This document shows, in pieces, positions 10,174 through 18,600 of a stretch of DNA of 64,000 nucleotides (its first letter is position 1; each line of letters begins with the position of its first letter). The notes under the pieces are model-generated. The model did not search any database. It saw nothing but the letters and a program-made list of their open reading frames with translations, and had not been told where the DNA came from. Location: the NCBI GenBank assembly GCA_963456805.1, contig CAUOMQ010000001.1, positions 3,699 to 67,698 on the forward strand, written 5' to 3'. The position numbers and the translations under genes are program-made. This DNA comes from an uncultured Neisseria sp. GTDB taxonomy: Bacteria; Pseudomonadota; Gammaproteobacteria; Burkholderiales; Neisseriaceae.

Positions 10174-10994
10174 TTCAGACGACCTCTTTGCCGTATCAGC
10201 AATCCTGTTCCTTCCCCCGTCCGGCGGGGGAAGGCTAGGATGGGGGTGGTTTTGTGGTTTGGAGAAAAATGAAATTCGTGCAGCACATAGAGCCACCCTC
10301 TCCCCAGCCCTCTCCCGCTAGACGGGAGAGGGGGCAGGTTGCAGCAGATGTGGAAAAGCATGGGAGGAGATAGCGGCAGGTGGGGTGTTTGCTGTTATTT
10401 GAACTCATTAAACGAGGTCGTCTGAAATCTAAAATCCTTATTTTCAGACGACCTCTTTGCCGTATCAGCAATCCTGTCCCTTCCCCCCGTCCGGCGGGGG
10501 AAGGTTAGGATGGGGACGGTTTTGTGTTTCTGAGGAGAAAATAAATTCGTGCAGCTCATAAAGCCACCCTCTCCCCAGCCCTCTCCCGCCGGACGGGAGA
10601 GGGGGCAGGTTGCGGTAGATGTGGAAAAGTATGGAAGGGGATAGCGGCGGATGTGAGATGGTTGCTGTTATTTGAACTCATTAAACGAGGTCATCTGAAA
10701 TCTAAAATCCTTATTTTCAGACGACCTCTTTGATTTATCAGCAATCCTGTTCCTTCCCCCGTCTGGCGGGGGAAGGCTAGGATGGGGGTGGCTTTTTTGT
10801 TTGGGAAAAATCAAATTCGTGTGGTCCATAGAGCCACCCTCTCCCCAGCCCTCTCCCGCCGGACGAGAGAGGGGGTAGGTTGCAGCAGATGGGGAAAAGT
10901 ATGGAAGGGGATAGCGGCAGGTGGGGTGTCTGCTGTTATTAAAACTTATTGAACGAGGTCGTCTGAAATCTAAAATCCTTATTTTCAGACGACC
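10174..10994. repeat. Three tandem copies of a ~270-bp composite repeat, each junction marked by an inverted DUS pair
   Basis: TTCAGACGACCTCTTT recurs at 10174, 10443, 10716 and 10984, giving periods of 269, 273 and 268 bp. Each unit holds hairpins CCTTCCCCCG-N5-CGGGGGAAGG and CCCTCTCCCG-N5-CGGGAGAGGG. Confidence 0.85.
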
Positions 10995-11026
10995 TCTTTA
11001 TGTTCCCATCCATCCAATAAAACGCC

Positions 11027-12502
11027 TCAAAACTGTTTCTTCACGCCCAACATGATTTCGTTTTGGCGGTAGCGGTAGAACACGGAATTGCTTTTGACGG
11101 TGGTGTGTTTGAAGCGCAGTTCGGGGTAGAAGCCGCCGATGTGCCATTGTCTGAAGCCTGCGGCGGCGAGCCAGACGGTTTGGCGGTCGCTGCGTCTTTG
11201 TCCGTCTGCGGCGATGCCTGCGTGGTCGTAGAGGTTGCGCCGTTTCATGACGAGGGCGTTGAGGTAGGTGCTGTTGTCAAACAGGGTGTATAAGCCTGTG
11301 CGGAGGGTGTATTCGCGGTGGTCGGATGTGCCGCCGTTGTATGTGCGGCGGGTGTAGTCGGAGCCTGCGAACACGCCGGTTTTCGGGGTCAGGGCGTATT
11401 CTGCGCCTAAGCCTGTGCGGTATTCGGTGTAGTCGGCGGCGTAGGTTTTCGCGGTGCCGCTGTGGCGGTAGCGTTTGCCCGACCAGTCGGCGTTGACCTG
11501 CCATTTGGGGTTGATGGTATGCGTCCACGAGGTTTCGGCGCCGTAGGCGTTGTAGTAGGTGTGGCGGTTGCGCCGTTCGTGTTCGTAAACGGGCATCAGC
11601 GAGAGGCGGCTTTGTGCGTCGGCGTATTCGTAACCGGCGGACAGTGTGCCTGTTTGACTGCCGTAGTCGGACAGGGCGGCGTCTGTGTCTTTGCGGCGGT
11701 AGTGCGTGCTGTAGGCGAGGAGGTTGGTTTTGAGGCTGTGGTGTCCTTTGACAGGGGTGATTTTGCCTGCGCTCAGGCTGTAATTCCAGACTGGGGAATG
11801 GATGGGGGCGGGCAGGTTTTGGTAGGCGAGGCATTGGCCGTCAAGCGGCAGAATGCAGCGGACGGAGCCGTCGGATTGGTTGATGTTGCTGTTGTAGCCG
11901 TAGGCGATGCCGATTTGTCCGTGCCAGCGGCTGCGTTTGTCGATTTCGCCGAGGTATTGTCCGATCAGGGCGCGGGTTTCTTCTGGGATGTCGGCGGCTT
12001 GGGCGCGGGCGAATGCGCTTCGGGCTTCGCGGTTTTGGTTGTCTTCGGTATAAAGGCGCGCGGTTTCGAGCAGGATGCGCGGGTTGGCGGGGTCGAGTGC
12101 TTCTGCAGATTGCAGGTTTTGCAAGGCTTCGGCGAGGCGTCCTTCGGCGCGTTGTTTCAAACCGAGCACCAATTTGGGTAGGGCGGGATTGTGGTCGGGC
12201 AGGGCGGCGTAGCGCGTGGCGAAGCGTTCTGCCTTTTTCCATTGACGTTCGTTAATGGCATGATAAATCGCGCTTTCCAGCTCTTCGGTATTGTTGCCTA
12301 CGGTGTAAATCTGACCGCCGATACGGATGTATGCGTCGTCGTTTTCGATGTCGCCTGCGGGTGTGCCGCCGTCCAGCCAGCCGCTTTCCCGATATTGCTG
12401 CTGCACGCGCCCGTTTTCTTCAGACAGGCGGCGCAGGTCGTCGCTGTCTGCGCGGGCGGACAGGGGCAGCAGGGCGAGCAGGAGGAGGCAGGATTTGTTC
12501 AT
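11027..12502 (-). CDS. Surface lipoprotein assembly modifier (Slam, DUF560-type outer-membrane translocator)
   Basis: 491 aa with a signal peptide (..LLPLSARA), a TPR-like N-terminal third, and a Tyr/Gly-rich beta-barrel ending ..IMLGVKKQF. A TbpB-fold candidate substrate gene lies immediately upstream on the same strand. Confidence 0.78.
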   Translation of the reverse strand: MNKSCLLLLALLPLSARADSDDLRRLSEENGRVQQQYRESGWLDGGTPAGDIENDDAYIRIGGQIYTVGNNTEELESAIYHAINERQWKKAERFATRYAALPDHNPALPKLVLGLKQRAEGRLAEALQNLQSAEALDPANPRILLETARLYTEDNQNREARSAFARAQAADIPEETRALIGQYLGEIDKRSRWHGQIGIAYGYNSNINQSDGSVRCILPLDGQCLAYQNLPAPIHSPVWNYSLSAGKITPVKGHHSLKTNLLAYSTHYRRKDTDAALSDYGSQTGTLSAGYEYADAQSRLSLMPVYEHERRNRHTYYNAYGAETSWTHTINPKWQVNADWSGKRYRHSGTAKTYAADYTEYRTGLGAEYALTPKTGVFAGSDYTRRTYNGGTSDHREYTLRTGLYTLFDNSTYLNALVMKRRNLYDHAGIAADGQRRSDRQTVWLAAAGFRQWHIGGFYPELRFKHTTVKSNSVFYRYRQNEIMLGVKKQF

Positions 12503-12760
12503 TCGTTTTCTTTCGGGCTGGTGTGTGGTGGGTAAATTTCGGATGAGGAGGGTTTGTGGCGAAGCGGAGCGGTCGTCTGAAAAGATGCGATCTCGAATAT
12601 TGCTTTATTTTTAATCTGTTTCCGTTTTCAGACGACCCTTGATGCAAGGAGAAGCGAAAAAGGTCGTCTGAAAACGGAAGCCGCGGAAATCCGTCCGCAG
12701 CTTGCCATAAAACGGGGAAAGCACGGCAATCCGCGCCTTCCCTGTTGTTCTATCGACGGT

Positions 12761-14134
12761 TTATTGTTTTATACCACCGAAGGAGATGTCATCGGCGCGG
12801 CTTTCCGTACCACGGGTTGCAATACCCGCCAATGCGGCGGCATTTTGACCGTAGAACTGACCTTTGATGCCTTCGCGGTTGCGGGCGGCATCAGAGGCGA
12901 AAGTACCGTTGCGGTTGTCGATTTTCACGCCGGCAAAGTCCAGAGTGTCGGTATGGCGCGCCAGTTTGCCAGTCATGCTGCCGCTGTCGCCCGAACCGAA
13001 ATAGGCTTTGACGGTACCGGTATAGATATCGCGTTCGCCGGCTTTATGACCGTTGACACCGACTACGTTGTAAGTCGCGGTTGCCAAGCCTTTGGTGCTG
13101 CCGGTCGGGTTTTTGCCATAGAACCAGGCAGGATGCGCGTTGCCTTTGACATGCGCAGTAGCGGCGACTTCTGAAGCAGGCGCCCATTCGCCGAAGAATA
13201 CATTGCCCGAAGCGGTCGGGATTTTGCCGACGGTCAGCAAGCCTTTTCCTTTGCCGTCTTCAGTGTTCAGGCTGAACAGCTCGATCTGATTGATGCGGCG
13301 TTCGCGGATGACGCGCTCGCCCTTGCCTTCGATTCTGTCGATAACAAACAGGATTTCTTTGTTTTTCAGGTTGTCGGCATCAGCAACGCGGACGGAATTT
13401 TTGACTGTGTATTGAGGTTTTGCTACTGCGTTGTTTGGATTGTAGGCAGGAGGTGCGTCGGCTGTGGTCATGACGCCGACAGGTGTTGTCGAAGTACGTT
13501 TGCCATAAATTGGTTCGGAGTAAGGGAAGTTACCATTATTGACGACAGGTTTAGACGGAGGAGGTGCAATCGGTTTGCCGATAGGGCGGGCAGGAGGTTG
13601 GGAGGCTGTGCTCATCACACCGCTGTCCGGTATCGAAACATTGCCGTCGATTGGCATGGAGTAAGGGAAGTTGCCATTGTTGCCGACAGGTTTGGATGGA
13701 GGAGGTGCAGTCGGTTTGACCGGACGTGCAGGAGGCAGGGTCGCACCCGCCAGCGTCATCACGTTGTCGTGTGCTTTCAAATAAGGTTTGCCGTCATTGG
13801 CTGCGTTGGGGTTGATTGGCATGGAGTAAGGGAAATCTTGGTTAGCCAATGGCGCACGTTGTGGAGGAGGTGCAGTCGGTTTGACCGGACGTGCAGGAGG
13901 CAGGGTTGCGCCCGCCAGCGTCATTACGTCGTCGTGTGCTTTCAAATAAGGTTTGCCGTCGCGCGCTGCGTTAGGATTAATCGGCATGGAATAGGGGAAA
14001 TTGTGATTGTCCAAAGTGCTGCGTGCGGGAGCAGAGGTGGGGCGGGAAGCGTCATATGCAAACGCAGAATGCGCTGTGATAACCGCCGTCGCTGCAAAAC
14101 AGGTTTTTAGAATGGAGGAAGTTATTTTTTTCAT
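12761..14134 (-). CDS. Secreted TbpB/fHbp-like C-terminal barrel protein with Pro-rich repeats; candidate Slam substrate without a lipobox
   Basis: 457 aa. The signal peptide ends AHSAFA|YD and there is no L-x-x-C lipobox. Four FPYS(M/E)PI...PPARP..APPP repeats are present. The C-terminus (..GQFYGQNAAALAGIA...ISFGGIKQ) resembles the 8-stranded barrel of TbpB/fHbp-type proteins. Confidence 0.65.
   Translation of the reverse strand: MKKITSSILKTCFAATAVITAHSAFAYDASRPTSAPARSTLDNHNFPYSMPINPNAARDGKPYLKAHDDVMTLAGATLPPARPVKPTAPPPQRAPLANQDFPYSMPINPNAANDGKPYLKAHDNVMTLAGATLPPARPVKPTAPPPSKPVGNNGNFPYSMPIDGNVSIPDSGVMSTASQPPARPIGKPIAPPPSKPVVNNGNFPYSEPIYGKRTSTTPVGVMTTADAPPAYNPNNAVAKPQYTVKNSVRVADADNLKNKEILFVIDRIEGKGERVIRERRINQIELFSLNTEDGKGKGLLTVGKIPTASGNVFFGEWAPASEVAATAHVKGNAHPAWFYGKNPTGSTKGLATATYNVVGVNGHKAGERDIYTGTVKAYFGSGDSGSMTGKLARHTDTLDFAGVKIDNRNGTFASDAARNREGIKGQFYGQNAAALAGIATRGTESRADDISFGGIKQ
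13490..14002. repeat. In-frame tandem repeats inside the Slam-substrate gene (two nearly identical 165-bp units plus two diverged units)
   Basis: GGAGGTGCAGTCGGTTTGAC occurs at 13701 and 13866, a period of 165 bp (55 codons). Weaker copies extend toward 13490. Confidence 0.8.
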
Positions 14135-14386
14135 AGCTATACTCTTATCGATAATTAATCAGGATATTGTCTGTATGCGTGCAACAATAAACTGCTTGAT
14201 GAAACAAGCTGATACATACAGGGGAGGCGAGGATAGCATGACAAGGGGGAAATGTAAAAAATTACTGTGGGATTATGAATATAAACTGATATTACTCAAT
14301 TAGATTAAATTTAATAGGGCGATTTGCCCATGACTTGATGAAGCCGCCCGCGAAAAAATAAACCATTTTTTGAGAAAATTTATTTT

Positions 14387-14424
14387 GTTTTTTGTTTCAC
14401 TATTTGTAACTCTTTTTCACTTTT
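14387..14424. repeat. 38-nt border sequence, copy A (GTTTTTTGTTTCACTATTTGTAACTCTTTTTCACTTTT)
   Basis: Identical at 37 of 38 positions to 55216-55253 in the same orientation. It contains two TTTCAC half-sites 21 nt apart. Confidence 0.9.
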
Positions 14425-14451
14425 AAAAAAGCGACGTCACCGTCGCTTTTT
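14425..14451 (-). terminator. Bidirectional hairpin terminator after the methylase gene
   Basis: AAAAAAGCGACG-TCAC-CGTCGCTTTTT lies 4 nt beyond the dam-like stop codon. Confidence 0.75.
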
Positions 14452-14454
14452 ATT

Positions 14455-15234
14455 TTACCAATTGCATATGACCAGCTCGCCGCTTGTTTTACCGGTTTTG
14501 TCTCTGCCAACCGTATAGGCAAGCTCAAGCTGTGTGATGCGGAAGTCTTTGAACAACTCCCTTATATCAGGATGGTCATTGATAGATAGCATGAATTTGC
14601 CCTTGCTCTCCGCCATCGCTTTGGCCAGCAGCTCATACTGCGGCCAATCGAATGCGTGGTCGTACCCTGCGGTTTGCCAGTACGGCGGGTCTGCGTAGAA
14701 GAAGGTATGCTCTCGGTCATATCGCTTGAAACAACGCGCCCACGGTTCGTTTTCGACAAATACTCCTCTCAAACGGGCTTGGGCTGTTGTCAGTTTTGCT
14801 CTAATCTGCGCCGCATCCCACGCTTTTGACGTGGTAGCCGTGCCAAAATGTTGATGAACAGTCTTGCCACCGAAGGCATTGTGCTGCAAATAAAAGAACC
14901 GAGCGGCACGTTGTATATCGGTCATACAGTCAGGCGGCGTACTTTGCAGGCGGGCAAATACTTCACGACTGGTCAACGTCCATTCGAATTGGCGGACGAA
15001 CTCGTCAAAGTGGTGCTGTACCACACGGTACAGGTTGATGAGCTGTCCGTTTATGTCGTTGAGTACCTCTACTTTAGCAGGCGTTGGGCGCATAAAGAAC
15101 AACGCCGCGCCACCGGAAAACAGCTCGACATAACAAGAATGCTCGGGAAACATGGGTAACAGGTGTTTTGCCAATCGGCGTTTGCCGCCCATCCAAGGGA
15201 TAATCGGTAGAGTTTGTTGTGTTTTTTGCATCAT
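14455..15234 (-). CDS. Dam-type (D12 class) N6-adenine DNA methyltransferase, phage-encoded orphan
   Basis: 259 aa with the AdoMet motif ..VELFSGGAALFF.. followed by the catalytic ..FFYADPPYW.. . No cognate endonuclease gene is adjacent. Confidence 0.85.
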   Translation of the reverse strand: MMQKTQQTLPIIPWMGGKRRLAKHLLPMFPEHSCYVELFSGGAALFFMRPTPAKVEVLNDINGQLINLYRVVQHHFDEFVRQFEWTLTSREVFARLQSTPPDCMTDIQRAARFFYLQHNAFGGKTVHQHFGTATTSKAWDAAQIRAKLTTAQARLRGVFVENEPWARCFKRYDREHTFFYADPPYWQTAGYDHAFDWPQYELLAKAMAESKGKFMLSINDHPDIRELFKDFRITQLELAYTVGRDKTGKTSGELVICNW

Positions 15235-15312
15235 ATATATACTCCTAATTTACGGCATTCTGGACGCTCGAAACAGATTTAATATGATGCTCGACGGCAC
15301 TCTGCTGATTTT

Positions 15313-15429
15313 TTAGTTACTGAATGAATTGATGTTTTTACAGCGTGCGCATTTGATTTGCACGTATCCGCTGCCTTTAGCAAGCAGTTTGCCGCAGTAT
15401 TTGCAGCGCATTTCGCGGTAGATTTGCAT
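15313..15429 (-). CDS. com: Com-like zinc-ribbon translational regulator (38 aa; below ORF-track cutoff)
   Basis: Hand translation gives MQIYREMRCKYCGKLLAKGSGYVQIKCARCKNINSFSN*. The RCKxCxKLL...IxCxRCK pattern matches Mu Com as I recall it. It sits just upstream of the modification gene, as in Mu. Confidence 0.7.
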   Translation of the reverse strand: MQIYREMRCKYCGKLLAKGSGYVQIKCARCKNINSFSN

Positions 15430-15581
15430 TTGCACTCACTCCCATATCACGGATAGAATGCCTCGGTCTCTAGAGACTAAGGCGGCCTAGAAGTCAATGC
15501 AGGCACCATCTGCTTGGCTGGCGTAGCGGTGTTCCCGCACCGCTACGTCGCCGTCCCACTGATTTTTTCAATCTCCTCTCT

Positions 15582-15610
15582 AAGGTCGTCTGAAATTTCA
15601 GACGACCTTT
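15582..15610. other. Inverted DUS pair hairpin downstream of the tailspike gene
   Basis: AAGGTCGTCTGAAATTTCAGACGACCTT. The T-run is on the plus-strand side only, so terminator function for the minus-strand operon is uncertain. Confidence 0.5.
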
Positions 15611-15614
15611 TCTC

Positions 15615-18600
15615 TTAACTGATACCGTACTCACTCATCAGTGCAGTGACTCTCTCCTCCACCTTACTGATGTCACCTTGAATAAATTCAATGCCTGCGC
15701 CGACTATGACGTTTCGTCCCACATTGCCTGCATGATTCATGCCTATTCTGATTTTATCGAAGGCTTTATCAGTACCTGCTAATACAGGAATTACTGCAAC
15801 ATGCCATTTATCATATGGATAAACTGTTGTTGTAGAAATAGGTTTACCGTTAATTGTTGTACCTTCGAAATAACGCAATTTGAAGCCAGTTTCTTCGTTG
15901 GTAGAAATTAGACCATTACTTACAACACTACGTCCTTTCAAAACGATTGCTGTAAATCCTGAACCAGCCGTTCCACCAGCGGATTGTTTAAACGGAATGA
16001 TGATTGCTGAATCAGTCGAACCATCAGAGGTCAGTCCATCCGATTCAATGAATCTAATACCTTTACCTTCGCCGGCCACTAAAGAACGCATGATTTTATG
16101 GCCAGAATCCTCACCGAATGCCCCCGCCCAACCTTCAGGCTCACCTGCTCTTTCGGAATTATTAACTGATTTCAATTTCGCCACATTGTTACTACCAATT
16201 GCCTCGGCTGCTGTGGCTTCAAGCCCATCAAAAGTAAACGTGATGGATGTTGCGGATTTTGCGGCAGGCTCTTCAGTTGCACTTTCAGACGGTGTAGTAG
16301 GTTGCGGCGTAGCTGGTTGGCCACCTTCCTCCGTTTTAGGAGGCTGTGCAGGCTGTGTTGTTGCCGCTTGTTCTCCGCCCTCCGTTTTAGGGGATTCGGC
16401 GGGTGTTGTTGCCGATGATTGTTCACCACCCTCTGCTTTAGGCGGTGAGGCAGTCTGTGATGTCGTTGCAGAAGTAGTTTTTAACTGCTCTTTCAGTTTA
16501 TCAACAGCTGCTTCCAATGCTTTAACCTTCTCATCCATAACCACCTCAGCATAGCTGGTCGGCTCGTATTTTTTATGTACGTTGCTGTTTATAGTTTTAC
16601 CAGTCCAAACATGGACAGTATCAATCAACTGATTATGGATAAAGTTATCGCCCACTGAGCATGTGTCAAAATCGCCGTTATAGAAAGCCGAACTCAACAA
16701 CCCGTCACGATAAACGATAGAATCGCTGACGAATGGATTACCCACAGGCAATTTTGCTTTCTCAGGACTGCGGAAAGGTGTTACATCGCAGTGATTCCCT
16801 TCAATTGTTGATGCACGCATACGACCAAATACAATTTGTCGGGCATAGTTACCGTCAGGCGAGTTTTGAACATAGTTCTCACGTACCTGAGTTGCCAACA
16901 TCGTGCCATATTTCGACTCAGCACCAATCAACATACCGTATGTTTGCGTATTGATTGTAGCCGTAGCCGTTGCACCTGAACCGCCACCGCCAGTAATGGT
17001 TACGGTCGGAATCTCCGTATAACGACTACCATCACGACGTACGATAATCTCAACCACCTTGCCGTCTTTAATTTTTGCTTGTGCCGTTGCACCAAACGCA
17101 CCTTCACCACCACCAGTAATTTTGACTTCTGGTTCTGAGGTATAGCCACTGCCACCATCTGTTACTTTAATGCCAGATACTTGGTGCATGCCGAAGAACT
17201 GACCAAACGGCAAGGCAAAAGTGAACTGATTTCGTTCGATAATAAAGTGGTTATGGCCGTAATTGCTTATTAAGCCGCGAGGTGCATAAACTGTATTATC
17301 TGCAATCAACTGGCGACATCTTAGCCACCACATGTTTTTACTGCGACGGAATAAGACACCAGGCGCACCATTGATAGGATGAATGCCTATGTGACCGCTC
17401 ATGATAGTATTTCCGACAATTTCGATGTTGCTGTCCTGAAAATAGAAAGACTGAGGGTCTGCTATCTTGCCTACTCGACCATCTTTAGAGGCGAAAATCT
17501 CCTCTATTACTGTCGATATTCCGTAATACATAGCTTTGCCAGAATTGTTATAAATTTTGACATTATTGCCAGTATGGATATCAATTACCTTCCGTTTACC
17601 CAAGCCAAATGTATTGGCATGGATATAGATGTTATCCATAGGCAAATATCTACTGGTGCAGCTTTGGTAACCCGGATCCAAGCTGATTATTGAGTTATTC
17701 CAACCTCGTACATGCTCCAAATTGGCATCGGGATGTCCTATTACTGAGTCGGGTGCAAAAATCCCGGTTAACTCATAACCGATAACCCGGATGGCTTCAA
17801 CCCCACAAGTATAGTTGTGGTTATAGTAACCCCCAGTGATACGAGTATTGATAGCTACACAGCCTTTAGCCAATGCACCTTCTACGTCGCCGGGCTGGAT
17901 GTCTTCGCCAGCAGGAGAACCGTGCAATCCTGCGGCAATTGCGCCGCCGGTAAAGCCTGTTACATGGAAATTCTTAATTTCGGTATTTCGGCAATCATAA
18001 ATGCGCCAACCATACCCACGACTCCACCATTGTCCACCGCGCCACAATCCCCATGTTGACGCAGTTGTCCCATCCGCTTGTGGAAATGCAGATTCGCCGT
18101 TTTCATTAAAGTATCCACCAGCACTATTAACGATCTGCTTGGATTCCAAGAAGAATAATTCTTTAATTTTTTCAAGATTATAACCATCAGGTTGACGAAC
18201 ACCTGAGGAATCACATGAATTCTCCATATAACGCGCAAAATCGTGCGCATATGAAGCAGTATTTGCGCCGGCAACCGGATATCCTTTTAAAGACATTCCA
18301 GTGCCGACGTTTGGTGCTTCTTTTGTCCAACCGTCAATATGAGGAATCCACCGTTTATCGGCATCTGCCTCACCTGATTTGTATCCGAAAAGCTCATAGG
18401 CTCTGGTTGTGATTTTGCCACCATGCAAAATCACGTTACCTTCTGATTTTCCGCATAAGTGGAATGCAGACAAGCCCATTTCCTGTACGGAAAACTCAGC
18501 CTGTGAAAAATCGAATACGTTAAAAATCGAATGATGAAAAGCAATACACGGCTGCTGTCCGTTGACGGGAAGTGTCACACCACCAACAGCAAGATTTCGC

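Noticed and set aside
10174-10994. Possible CRISPR array
   Set aside because: The units are about 270 bp and are repeated in full with no unique spacers, and no cas genes are in the window. This is a tandem repeat, not a CRISPR array.
14135-14175. Fur box upstream of the Slam-substrate gene (CGATAATTAATCAGGATATTG)
   Set aside because: It shows only loose AT-rich resemblance to the GATAATGATAATCATTATC consensus. It also sits between the likely SD and the start rather than over a promoter. That is not enough to call it.
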